Below, piece by piece: positions 11,080 to 22,093 of a stretch of DNA of 64,000 nt (positions are counted from its first letter, which is position 1; each line of letters starts with the position of its first letter). A program made the translations under genes and the position numbers. Under the pieces are notes generated by a model. It worked only from the letters and a program-made list of their open reading frames with translations, did not search any database and was not told where the DNA came from. The DNA comes from an uncultured Chitinophagaceae bacterium (GTDB taxonomy: Bacteria > Bacteroidota > Bacteroidia > Chitinophagales > Chitinophagaceae), in NCBI GenBank assembly GCA_963823305.1, contig CAWGLC010000004.1, positions 532,847 to 596,846 on the forward strand, in the 5' to 3' direction.

Positions 11080-11946
11080 ATGTCCCGGGAATTTGAAAAT
11101 TCATGCCCAGTTCCCGCCGGCATCTTGCTAATCATCGGCGGTGCAGAAAGCAAAGGGAAAGAGCCTGAACACCACGAGGCACCTGAGGGTTATAAACCGC
11201 TTGAAATCCTTACCTGTTTTGCTGAACTTTTACGCCGTAAGGATGCTTCTATTGAAGTTATCACTTCGGCTTCGGCTGATGGTGCAGACTCTCTAAAAAG
11301 GTATAAAAGACATTTCAAAAAGCTTGGCGTTGAGAACATCGGGCACATTCATCACAAAACCCGTAAAGAAGTTCTGGACGATGATTTAAAGCAACGTGTT
11401 AAAGATGCGGATGGTTTCTTTTTTACAGGCGGTGACCAGTTGTTACTTACTACGCTTTACGGAGGCACTCCATTTCTTACCATGCTGAAAGAAAAATATA
11501 TCAACGAAAAGATTGTGGTAGCAGGTACCAGCGCCGGTGCCATGGCAATGTCTACGCCTATGATATACGCAGGCAGTAAAGAAGAAGAGGAGATAACAAG
11601 TGAGATAAAAATTACAACCGGCCTTGAATTTTTAAAAGATGTATGCATAGACACACATTTCGTACATCGTGGCAGGCTTGTTCGGCTTGCCCAGGTCATC
11701 GCTACAAATCCCACAAGTATTGGCTTGGGCATTGATGAAGACACAGCGCTCATCATACGAAATGGTGTTGAAGCAGAGGTAAAAGGAAGCGGTCTTGTGA
11801 TAGTTTTGGAAGGCTTTGAGATATCTTATACTAATGTAAACGGGAAACCGCAGGAGCCACCCATTTCTATCAGAGATCTTAGATTACATATATTGGCGCC
11901 ATCTGATTTTTATACTTTAAGGCAAGTAAATCCTCCGCATCATTAA
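11080..11946 (+). CDS. cphB: Cyanophycinase (peptidase S51)
   Basis: LLIIGGAE, FTGGDQ, catalytic GTSAGA, IDTHF..RGR and GIDEDTA. Confidence 0.85.
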   Translation: MSREFENSCPVPAGILLIIGGAESKGKEPEHHEAPEGYKPLEILTCFAELLRRKDASIEVITSASADGADSLKRYKRHFKKLGVENIGHIHHKTRKEVLDDDLKQRVKDADGFFFTGGDQLLLTTLYGGTPFLTMLKEKYINEKIVVAGTSAGAMAMSTPMIYAGSKEEEEITSEIKITTGLEFLKDVCIDTHFVHRGRLVRLAQVIATNPTSIGLGIDEDTALIIRNGVEAEVKGSGLVIVLEGFEISYTNVNGKPQEPPISIRDLRLHILAPSDFYTLRQVNPPHH

Positions 11947-12012
11947 GAAATCAAGCTAATGTGAGGATAAAGAATTTACAAAATAAAGTTCATTGATTAA
12001 TAAAAAAATGTT

Positions 12013-13062
12013 ATGCCGATACGACAAAGAGCCGTTCAAAATCTGATCACCCTTTTAGAGTTAAATCCTGATTTAAAGTTTGCGCTTGAAGTCTCATTAG
12101 AAAAGGCTGGCGAGCCAGACACCAGAACTTTAGACGCGTTCTATAATTTTCTTGATAAAATACTCACGCATATTCCAACGGAAAAAGAATTGATGCCCAC
12201 TGTACGTGAATTTTATTATGTACTTAGCAAATCCCCTGATGATATACTTAAAAAAGACCAGGCCTTTAATGATTGGATAAATGAATTTGTAAGATCAAGG
12301 GGTAATTTTTTAGATACAACCCCATCAACTGAAACACTCGATGCTTTTATCAAATGTCCGGACTACCATATCGAAGACTATATTAAAGGCCCAAGTGGAT
12401 GGCTCACTTACAACCAGTTTTTGGCCAGGCAGGTAAAACCAGGTAAAAGGCCTGTAGCAGAACGCTGTAACGACCACGTCATTGTTTCACCAGCAGATAG
12501 CGAATACAAAGGCCAATGGCAAATTACAGACAATTCAACAGTATCGGTTAAAGACACTACTTATCGGGTAACGGAACTTTTGGGAGACAGTCACTACCGG
12601 GATAAATTTAAAAATGGAATTTTTACTCACAGTTTTTTGAGTATTGCAGATTACCATCGTTATCACACTCCAGTCGGAGGGATAGTTCGGGAGGTAAAAA
12701 ATACACCAGCAAATACATGGGTAACTGAAGCAAAAAAACCCAATGGTTCACTGGAAAATATAGACGATGTTGGCTTTCAGTTTGAGCATACGAGAGGACA
12801 TATTATTATTGACTCTGTTGTAGGTTTCGTTGCCGTGATGCCGGTTGGCATGGGCCATATATCTTCTGTAAACATAACGGTCGAAGAAGGCACAACCCTG
12901 GTAAAAGGTGAAGAGTTTGGTTACTTCGGTTTCGGGGGTTCTGACATCATCATGTTGTTTGAAACCGGCACTGTTGAAATTATTGCCAAAGAAAAAGCAC
13001 ATTATAAACAGGGGGAACAGATTGGAAGGACAGTTAAGTCTTCCAATCTTCCACCACGATAA
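12013..13062 (+). CDS. Phosphatidylserine decarboxylase family (pyruvoyl-dependent) protein
   Basis: IVSPAD, DYHRYHTPV, KGEEFGYF and GGS self-cleavage motif. Confidence 0.88.
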   Translation: MPIRQRAVQNLITLLELNPDLKFALEVSLEKAGEPDTRTLDAFYNFLDKILTHIPTEKELMPTVREFYYVLSKSPDDILKKDQAFNDWINEFVRSRGNFLDTTPSTETLDAFIKCPDYHIEDYIKGPSGWLTYNQFLARQVKPGKRPVAERCNDHVIVSPADSEYKGQWQITDNSTVSVKDTTYRVTELLGDSHYRDKFKNGIFTHSFLSIADYHRYHTPVGGIVREVKNTPANTWVTEAKKPNGSLENIDDVGFQFEHTRGHIIIDSVVGFVAVMPVGMGHISSVNITVEEGTTLVKGEEFGYFGFGGSDIIMLFETGTVEIIAKEKAHYKQGEQIGRTVKSSNLPPR

Positions 13063-13401
13063 AAGTTTGTATAGCGGGATGTACGCCATGGAAATTATGT
13101 AAATTTTAAACGACCACACAATTCGATGAGGGGACTGACACTATTGAAAAGCGCTTGATATAAGTACCGTTACACAAAAAATAAATGTGGCTTTAAAAAA
13201 ATCTGATTAAGAAGATCCACAGCTTCACAACTGGAATCTATCGCTAATGGGTAAACGCAAAATTAAATAATTATACTATTGGTTTCGCGTACGCCTGGCC
13301 GGTGCGACACGTATCACCGGGGTTAAAACTGCAGAAGGCTGCATGATTTATCTGCACCGGTGAGCTGGCTCTGCTCAGCGGCCTGGTAATTGAAGGACTA
13401 T

Positions 13402-14520
13402 TCAATTAGATAAGTCGGCTTGCCTTAAATAAATTTTAAATTCTGCGCCTTTATCAAGCTCACTATGTAAGGAAATATGACCGCCGGCATTTTGTACTAT
13501 TTCATTGACCAAATATAATCCAATGCCTGATCCATCCAAACCATTTTTCAATCTAAAATATTTGGAAAATATAGCAACGTGTTTATCGGGCTCTATCCCA
13601 GTTCCATTATCACTTACAGAAATACACACGAATCCACCCTCAACAGCGGTTTTAATAGTTATTGCAAGCTTGCGTCCGGGCGAGCGGTATTTGATGGCAT
13701 TATTTACAAGATTATAAATTATACTTCTTAACTTCCTCCTTGAAAACTGTATCTGAGACGCATTTACTTCACTTGATATGACCGCGCCCGATTTTATAAT
13801 ATCATCCATAAGCGTCACGCGTACATCTTCTAAAATATGTCCAAAGTTTACGAGCTCTTCTTCAGCCTTGTATCTAAATTCTTGTTTTCTTGTATCGGTT
13901 AATTCGGAAATTATTTCCTGCATTTTTTTTATCGCATTTTCTACCATCTTCAAAAGAATTTGATATTGATTTGAATCTTCGATGGGAGTGTTTTTAAACA
14001 AATCGATGGCGGCTACCAGAGTTGTAAGCGGGGTTTTGATATCATGTGAAATAGTATCGAGCAAAATCTCATGATCAGAAATCAATCTTTCCTGTTCCTT
14101 TAAATCTCTGATTCGCATCGTAATTTCCACGAAAGTCATGATTACCCCGTTCGTTTTATTTCCTTTCTTTTCTACATAGGGAATAATATTCATTTGATAC
14201 CACCGCAAGTCTGTTGTTTGAATTTCTTTCTCAAGGATTTCATTAGAAGCAATCACATGCTTAATATTTTCAATAATGTTTGGAAAGCGAAAGTTATCTT
14301 TAATGTCACTGATTGGCTTTCCTATGTCATTCATAGTTAAACTAAATTGTTTCATTGCAGGAGGCGTAAATTTCTTCAGTGTCAAATTAGCATCTACAAA
14401 TAATTGTGGAATGATGGTGTTTCTGAAATAATTTTCAAGCTCGTCGTTCAGGCTTTCCAGTTCAACGTTAAGATCAGTAAGGGTTTCTATGAGGAGGGTT
14501 TTAGCAGGCATGTAGTGCAA
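13402..14520 (-). CDS. PAS (CheR-associated type) sensor histidine kinase
   Basis: LFVD.NL.LKKFTP PAS domain, ISHDIKTPL, NLVNNAIKY, DNGTG and GSGIGL. Confidence 0.9.
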   Translation of the reverse strand: MHYMPAKTLLIETLTDLNVELESLNDELENYFRNTIIPQLFVDANLTLKKFTPPAMKQFSLTMNDIGKPISDIKDNFRFPNIIENIKHVIASNEILEKEIQTTDLRWYQMNIIPYVEKKGNKTNGVIMTFVEITMRIRDLKEQERLISDHEILLDTISHDIKTPLTTLVAAIDLFKNTPIEDSNQYQILLKMVENAIKKMQEIISELTDTRKQEFRYKAEEELVNFGHILEDVRVTLMDDIIKSGAVISSEVNASQIQFSRRKLRSIIYNLVNNAIKYRSPGRKLAITIKTAVEGGFVCISVSDNGTGIEPDKHVAIFSKYFRLKNGLDGSGIGLYLVNEIVQNAGGHISLHSELDKGAEFKIYLRQADLSN

Positions 14521-14711
14521 TGAATGTTATTAGGTGAGATGTATTTGCCATGAAATTAGCTTATTTAGATGAGGTAATGTCATCATTACAGTCTTAAAAT
14601 TTTGAATATCAGTTGAACAACTTATTTCTCGCCACTTGTGAACAGATAAAGCATACCAAGCAATAGAATAAAAGCAGTATGCCGAAAAGTTTTTAATCTG
14701 GGGCGGCGCAC

Positions 14712-14726
14712 TGGCATACCTTTTGT
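14712..14726 (+). promoter_or_regulatory. sigma54-like element
   Basis: TGGCA-TACCTT-TTGT upstream of the 28-codon ORF. Confidence 0.55.
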
Positions 14727-14808
14727 TTCCCTTGAATGTTCTATCCATTGTTTTTAATCTCTTCCCTTATTTGATTTCTTAATTTATTAACTCTAAAACG
14801 GATTATGA

Positions 14809-14895
14809 ATGGAAAGCAATACAAACTCAAAGAAAATTTTCGGGAATCATAATTACCTGTATACTAATTGCTGCCTTTATAACGCTTTTTCATAG
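14809..14895 (+). CDS. 28-aa microprotein copy 1, with two compensating 1-nt indels
   Basis: Reads MESNTNSKKIFG..AFS*, the same length as 35334..35420. Correcting both indels gives MESNTNSKKIFGIIITCILIAAFITAFS. Confidence 0.45.
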   Translation: MESNTNSKKIFGNHNYLYTNCCLYNAFS

Positions 14896-15016
14896 TGCAC
14901 AATTTAGTCATCCTGCTGCAATGAATTTGTATGCGGATGCCTTGCTATACCACCAGATGATTGTAAGATCTACCGGAGGAAAATTTATCATGAAGTTAAA
15001 AAATCTCCTATTTTTA

Positions 15017-15029
15017 TGCAACGATTGCA
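15017..15029. promoter_or_regulatory. LacI-type operator-like palindrome upstream of susC
   Basis: TGCAACGATTGCA near-palindrome about 130 nt before susC. Confidence 0.45.
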
Positions 15030-15147
15030 ACTAATGAACGCACATCATTCCTATCAACTTCAAAGCTACTTAACAACATTCGCATACTCATTTTTAGACG
15101 TCGTACTTATAAGTAAATCGTAATACTCAACCTAAAAGAAATAACGC

Positions 15148-18100
15148 ATGAAAAAACTTAGACAATTATCCCAAGTGCTCTTCTTTTTAATTATTCTGTT
15201 GGCAGGGGCTTGGGCAAGTGCTCAACAAAATATAAAAGGGAGCCTCACTTCTTCTGCTGGCGGCCCCGTAGCAGCGGCCACCATTTCTGTTAAAGGAACT
15301 AATAAATCAGTAATATCCGACAATAATGGAAACTTTACCATTAATGCTGCTATTGGAAGTATATTGGAAATAAGTTCAGTGGGGTTCCAATCAAAAGATA
15401 TAACCATTACTGGCACTGACATTACTGAAGTTCTTCAGGTAACCAATGCAACCCTAAACGATGTGGTTGTAATTGGATATCAAACTATCAGAAGAAAAGA
15501 TTTAACCGGCGCAACTTCGGTGGTTAGTACAGAAAACTCAAACAAAATAACGGGTAATTCTGTAGCGGAACAATTGCAGGGACAAACACCGGGAGTTACG
15601 GTAAGAAATACCGGCGCTCCGGGCCAGAATGCGGCAATCGAAATTCGCGGAGTGGCAAGTTTTACTGATGCAAATCCGCTATATGTTATTGATGGTATGA
15701 TTGCCGATGCCAATTCAACGGTCAACACGGATGATATTGCTTCGATTCAAATTCTTAAAGATGCTTCGGCCGCTGCAATTTACGGATCAAGGGCAGCAAA
15801 CGGCGTAATTATTATTACCACAAAAAAAGGAAGACCCGGGCCAAGTAAAATAACCTTTTCCGCAAAATATGGCATTCAGCAAATTCCAAAAAAATGGGAT
15901 GTGATGAATGCTTCTGAATATCTGAAGACAGTACAAACTCAATATGCTAATGCTAATGCTATGCTTCCTTCAGGGATTGCAGCGCAAGTAGCCAATCCAA
16001 CCGTCAATACCAACTGGCAGGATGCATTTGATCGCACCGGCAATACACAGGATTATAATCTTGGCATTTCCGGCGGGTCTGAAAATGGTAATTATCTGAT
16101 TTCGGGAAGCTATTTTAATAACCAGGGCGTGTTAATAGGAAATGATTTTGAAAGAGCCAGCCTTCGGGTGAATACAGAAGCAAAGAAAGGAAGATTAACC
16201 GTTGGTGAAAATATATTGATCAGCAATACAGATGGAGAAAATCCGGGCGGTGGCATAAATGCTTTTTATGAGGGCGCTACTTCAGTTCCGGTGATCCCTG
16301 TTCAAAGCAGTACTTATATTGATCCGGCTAATAATCCTAAGGGTTATGGTTTTGGCACTAATGCAATACCGAATTATTCTAATAATTATGTAGCAGTTGC
16401 AGCATTGGACAAGCAAAAATATAATTATTCAAAATTAGTTGGCAACGCTTATATAGATTTTAAGTTTACTGACTGGCTTTCTTATCGCTTTAATGCGGGG
16501 CTGGAAGTCAGTTTCGATTATAATTCCGAGCAGAGAGATTCCGGGATATACCGGTATGGTAACCAGTTGCCCTGCAACAAGTATTTCTAACGACAGGGAA
16601 ACATTTACCAATTACCTTATAGAGCATACCTTAAACTTTAATAAGACGTTCGGAAACCATGCAATAAATGGCGTGGTAGGGTATTCTTACCAGGAGCAGA
16701 AAAGGGAAGTTACTTCTGGCAGCAGGCTTGGGCTAACAACCGTGGGTAATACTACTTTCACTACCATTTCATCTGCGCAGGGTGCTTCTTCTACAGATGG
16801 CGGAGTGCCATTATTTTTTAGGCTGCAAGGTTATCTTGGCAGAGTTAACTATACATATAAAGACAAATACCTTTTTACAGCTTCAGGCAGAATTGACCAG
16901 GATTCAAGGTTCGGACCAATTATAGCACCGGTGATTTTTATTCTGTTGCCGGCGCGTGGAGAATCAGTAAAGAAGATTTCTTTCATGTAAACGGGCTTAA
17001 CGATTTGAAACTACGTGCATCCTACGGACAGTTAGGCATTAGCAGCGCATTACAGGATCTTGCCGGCTCATGGCCTACGCTGGGATATATTAATATTAAC
17101 CAGCGCGCTGTGTATGGTGTAAACCAAACACCTGTACTGGGCGAATCGCAGGCCATTATTTCTAATCCCAATTTAAGATGGGAAGCGCGGGATGAAACCA
17201 ACATTGGCGCAGACGCTACGTTGTTAAACAGCCATCTTACCGTTACAGCAGATGTGTATAATAATGTATCTAAAGGTGTATTAGTAGGTGTTCCGTTGCC
17301 TTTCTTTTTAGGTAGTGATAATGGAGGTTATAATACTTATTCGACAGAAAATGCAGCTTCAATACGAAATCAGGGCATAGAGCTTACACTAACCTACAGG
17401 CATGAAACCGGTCCGTTTAAATGGGATGTGTCAGTAAATGGTACCACCATTCACAATAAAGTTATAAGCGTAGGCAACCAGGGCGGTGGCATTAACTATA
17501 TAGAGCCCGTTGATTTTGTAAGATCACAGGTAGGCCATCCGATGGACTCATGGTTCATGCTGAAAACAGCGGGCATTTTTCAAAGCCAGGCGCAGATTGA
17601 TGCTTACGTAGATAAGAATGGAAATAAGATTCAGCCGAATGCGCAGCCAGGTGACATTAAATATGTTGATGTCAATGGTGACGGCCAAATAAATAATGAT
17701 GACAGAACATTCGTGGGCTCGCCGTGGCCTACTTTCCAGGGTGGGTTGCAATTTAACGGCACTTATAAGAATTTTTATATCAACATTCAGTTTGTTGGCG
17801 TGTTTGGCTATAAAATTTATGATGATGTACGAAGGGTGTTAGATAGCTATACCACTCTTAATAATTTCAGAAAGGATTTGAATCCATGGACACCTACCAA
17901 CACAAATACTTCCGATCCGAGACTTAGGTCTGGCAACAGACCCGGGAATCAATGACAACAATTTACCTGAGAGCGAGCGCTGGTTAGAAAATGGTTCCTA
18001 TTTCCGCCTGCGAAATGTAGAACTGGCTTATATTTTTCCAAAAAATATATTGAAAAGTGTAGGTTTTACCAATGCCCGCATTTTTGTAAGTGGTCAAAAC

Positions 18101-18232
18101 TTATTTACAATTACAAAATATAAAGGTCAGGATCCTGACCTTGGTAGCAGCGGCTTAACTACAAGGGGCTTCGACGCGGGTAACTGGCCTTCCAGCCGTA
18201 TTTTTTCTTTTGGTATTACAGGCGAATTTTAA
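15148..18232 (+). CDS. susC: SusC/RagA TonB-dependent transporter, frameshifted into 4 pieces
   Basis: VVIGY, PLYVIDG, ILKDASAAAIYGSRAANGVIIITTK, LKLRASYG, NPNLRWE, PGDIKYVD and C-terminal Phe. Confidence 0.95.
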
Positions 18233-18255
18233 TTATTAAAAATTTAATTAATCTC

Positions 18256-19821
18256 ATGAAAAATAAATTATATCTTTACTGCAGCATCATTGGTTTTACT
18301 AACCATTGCCTGCAAGAAGAAATTAGAAATAGCTAATCCTAATGGCCCCACTTCTGCTGATGTATGGAAAACCGCTGATTATGCTCAAAAAGGCGTTAAT
18401 GCGATTTATAGTACTTACCACCGGGTTGGGCTTTGCCGAAATCAGTTTTTTATGGATATTATTCGTTCTGACGAAGGATTTAGCACAAGTCCTAACACCG
18501 CGCTAATCAATAACTTTGACATTTTTAATGTAACGGATTATAACATGTTTGAAAGGAGATCCTTTTACCAGGATTGTTATGTTGGAATTGACAGGGCAAA
18601 CCAGGTGTTGGATAACGTGCCCAATATCACAATGGACACTACTATTGAGAAGCCAGCTTCTTGGCGAAGCGAAATTTATGCGTGGCTTGTTTTATTATTA
18701 TTTAGCTGATTATTGGGGAAATGTGCCAATATTGCTTCATACCAGTACTACTGCAGATCAAAGTGTTGCGAACTCAACCCGAAAAGAAGTGTGGGCGCAG
18801 GTAGAAAAAGATTTATCTGAAGCCGCACCGGTATTGCCTGTTTCTTATGACAATAATAATGTTGGAAGAGCTACCCGCGGCGCAGCATACGCTTTGCTTG
18901 GAAAAGCTTACATGCAGGATCAGCAGCAATATCAACTGGCCGCTAATGCATTTGCCTGGTTGGTAACCGGCCCGGGCGCAAGCGTGTATAGCTTTGGTGC
19001 CCAATTATAGGGATAATTTTTTAGAAGCTTCAGAGAACAATCCGGAATCAGTTTTTGAGTTTCAAAATGCTCTGAATCCATCAGATAACCATGATGACGA
19101 TGTAGATCCGCCAAGCGATAATCTTAATTATGGAACATCTATCCCGCCGTTCTTTGCGCCACAGCCAGCGGGTTTTACAGATGGCCAGGCACGCAGATGG
19201 CTGATATACCAGTTTTTACAAGAGCAAACAACTACCGGACAGCGCGACCCGCGATTAGCGGCATCGTTTCTTTTTGACTCTACAGATGAAAGAGGGCCTG
19301 ATTTTACAATGGCCTATGGCCAAACATGGAATTCTTTAGGTTTGCAGAATGTTCCCGAAGATGTTCATAATAGCATTCATGAAGTGTGTTTTAGAAAATT
19401 TTTAGACGATGCAGTGATGAATGGCGAAGTTTTCCATTCAGGCAACAACTATCGCTTTATACGTTATGCCGATGTATTCTTATTATACGCCGAAGCATTG
19501 AATGGATTAGGGCAAACGCAGCAGGCTTATCCCTATGTTGACATGGTAAGAGCCAGAGCGGGTTTGGCACCGCTATCCACTGTAATGCCGGGTTTAAGCC
19601 AGCAGCAGTTCTTAGCTCAATTAAAGCATGAAAGAATTACTGAGTTATCAGGTGAGGGCCATCGCTGGGAAGACCTTGCGCGTTGGGGAGATCTTGGACC
19701 GCAACTTGCCAGCCGCGATGCGGGCTTTGCAAACTTTAAAGTAGGAAGAGATGAATTATTGCCCTTTCCTCAGCAGGATATTGATGCTGATCCGAACCTT
19801 AAACAAAATCCCGGATATTAA
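18256..19821 (+). CDS. susD: SusD/RagB lipoprotein, frameshifted
   Basis: Lipobox IAC, GEAKFMRG..Y, RATRGAA, RYADVFLLYAEA, ERITEL.GEGHRWEDL.RW and QNPGY. Confidence 0.93.
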
Positions 19822-19841
19822 TAGAAACAGATCGCATAAAT

Positions 19842-20927
19842 TTGATGCCTATGACTATAAAAAAATTGTTGGCTTTTTGTTTCGTTGTTATAATAGCAAC
19901 AAACGGGCAAGCTCAAAAAAGCAAAGAACGTATAGCAGCCAAACAATGGCCGGTAGAAAAAGCTAATGAATGGTATGCAAATCATAAATGGATAATTGGC
20001 GCGGATTATATTCCAAGCAACGCGATCAATCAATTAGAGATGTGGCAGGCATCTACATTCGACAGCACAACCAATGACAGGGAATTAGGCTATGCAGAAA
20101 ATATCGGGTTTAACACCATGCGTGTTTTTTTGCATAGTGTTGCGTGGAAGGAAGATAAAACAGGTTTCAAAAAAAGAATGAATACATTTTTGAATATTGC
20201 CAATAGACATCACATACAGATATTATTTGTTTTTTTTGATGATTGCTGGAACAAAGTCCCTCATGCGGGCAAGCAACCTGATCCCAAACCTGGTATTCAT
20301 AATTCAGGATGGGTGCAGGATCCGGGGCAACCTATGTCAACTGATTCAACTATTTTCCCGCAGCTTGAACTGTATGTGAAAGATGTGATGACATATTTTG
20401 CGCATGATAAAAGAATTCTTTTATGGGATTTATATAATGAGCCGGGCAACTCCGGTAAAAAAGATTCCTCACTTCCTTTATTAAGAAAAGTTTTTGAATG
20501 GGCAAGGAGCGTAAACCCGGATCAGCCTATAAGCGCTGGCCTCTGGGCATGGGATTATGAAAAGCTCAATGCTTTCCAGGTGGCTAATTCTGATGTTATC
20601 ACTTATCATGATTATGAAGAAGAGCCATGGCATGAAAGAGTTATTCAATTACTAAAGGCAATTGGCCGGCCGCTGATTTGCACTGAGTATATGGCACGTC
20701 CGAGAAAGAGCACGTTTGCAACAATTTTACCATTATTAAAAAAAGAAGATGTCGGCGCCATTAACTGGGGATTTGTAACAGGCAAAACCAATACAAAATA
20801 CGCATGGGATACACCTATACCTGACGGTGGTGAGCCTGTAGAATGGTTTCATGATATTTTTTATAAGGACGGAACTCCATATAGAAAAGCTGAAACAGAT
20901 TTAATAAGAAAACTTTCATCACAATAA
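19842..20927 (+). CDS. GH5-like (clan GH-A) glycoside hydrolase, probably GH5_13-type furanosidase
   Basis: GFNTMRVFLH, WDLYNEP (acid/base), YHDY, ICTEYMAR (nucleophile). The subfamily is inferred. Confidence 0.8.
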   Translation: MMPMTIKKLLAFCFVVIIATNGQAQKSKERIAAKQWPVEKANEWYANHKWIIGADYIPSNAINQLEMWQASTFDSTTNDRELGYAENIGFNTMRVFLHSVAWKEDKTGFKKRMNTFLNIANRHHIQILFVFFDDCWNKVPHAGKQPDPKPGIHNSGWVQDPGQPMSTDSTIFPQLELYVKDVMTYFAHDKRILLWDLYNEPGNSGKKDSSLPLLRKVFEWARSVNPDQPISAGLWAWDYEKLNAFQVANSDVITYHDYEEEPWHERVIQLLKAIGRPLICTEYMARPRKSTFATILPLLKKEDVGAINWGFVTGKTNTKYAWDTPIPDGGEPVEWFHDIFYKDGTPYRKAETDLIRKLSSQ

Positions 20928-20972
20928 TTGCAGTGATTTTTTATTCCTTTTGTTCCTGACCTATTTATATTT

Positions 20973-22073
20973 ATGAAAGACAATATTATTATAATTAAAA
21001 AACGAATGTATCATATATTTTTTTTAGTTATAGCCATCAGTAGTTTAAGTAGTTCATCGTGCAAAAAAAATTCCGCCAATGACGGTGGAATTATTCCGCC
21101 CCCCATAACTTCAACAGATTCGGTTTTTGAAAATCCTTTACTATCAAGTGGCCCGGATCCCTGGGTAATACAGCAGGATACCAATTATTATTATACTAAT
21201 ACATTTGGAAATAAAATAGCTGTTTATAAAACAAGTAAGATGTCCCAATTGAAAAATGCAAGACTTACTACTATCTGGACTCCGCCTGTGACGGGCGCTT
21301 ACTCAAAAGATATATGGGCACCGGAAATGCATTTCATTCAAAATAAATGGTACGTATATTTTGCTGCAGATGACGGTACCAATGATAATCACAGAATCTA
21401 TGCTATTGAAAATTCATCTTCGGATCCCTTATTCGGAACATGGACATTTGATGGAAAGGTCGCAGATACTGCTCACGACAGATGGGCTATTGATGCTTCC
21501 GAGTTTGAATACAATGGCAATGCGTATTTAATTTGGTCTGGATGGGACAGCACGGTAAATATTAAACAAAACATTTACATCGCTAAGTTAAAAGACCCAA
21601 TTACACTGGATGGCAGTCGTGTAATGATTTCAACTCCAACATATAACTGGGAAATGAATGGAGCGCCTCCTGCGGTAAATGAAGGCCCCGAGGCCTTAAT
21701 AAATCCTTCAGGAAAATTGTTTCTGACGTTTTCAGCAAGCGGCTGCTGGACGGATGATTATGCCCTGGGCTTACTTTCTTTAAAAGACGGTGGCGATCCT
21801 TTGAGTGCCGCAGACTGGACAAAATCTGCTGAGCCAGTTTTTACAAAGAATCCATCGGGCGGCGCATTTGGTCCTGGCCACAATGGGTTCTTCATATCAC
21901 GGGATGGAAAAGAAAACTGGATCATTTACCACGCAAATCCTGCCACAGGTGACGGGTGTGGTGATCTGCGTAGTCCCCGCATGCAAAAGTTTACATGGAA
22001 CACTGATGGGACACCGGACTTTGGCATACCTGCACCTGTGGATACATTGATAAAAGTTCCTTCAGGAGAATAA
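20973..22073 (+). CDS. GH43 glycoside hydrolase lipoprotein (arabinofuranosidase-like)
   Basis: GPDPW, WAPE, WAID, NEGP and GPGHNGF; SSSC lipobox. Confidence 0.88.
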   Translation: MKDNIIIIKKRMYHIFFLVIAISSLSSSSCKKNSANDGGIIPPPITSTDSVFENPLLSSGPDPWVIQQDTNYYYTNTFGNKIAVYKTSKMSQLKNARLTTIWTPPVTGAYSKDIWAPEMHFIQNKWYVYFAADDGTNDNHRIYAIENSSSDPLFGTWTFDGKVADTAHDRWAIDASEFEYNGNAYLIWSGWDSTVNIKQNIYIAKLKDPITLDGSRVMISTPTYNWEMNGAPPAVNEGPEALINPSGKLFLTFSASGCWTDDYALGLLSLKDGGDPLSAADWTKSAEPVFTKNPSGGAFGPGHNGFFISRDGKENWIIYHANPATGDGCGDLRSPRMQKFTWNTDGTPDFGIPAPVDTLIKVPSGE

Positions 22074-22093
22074 GCATAAATTTAATTTAATCT

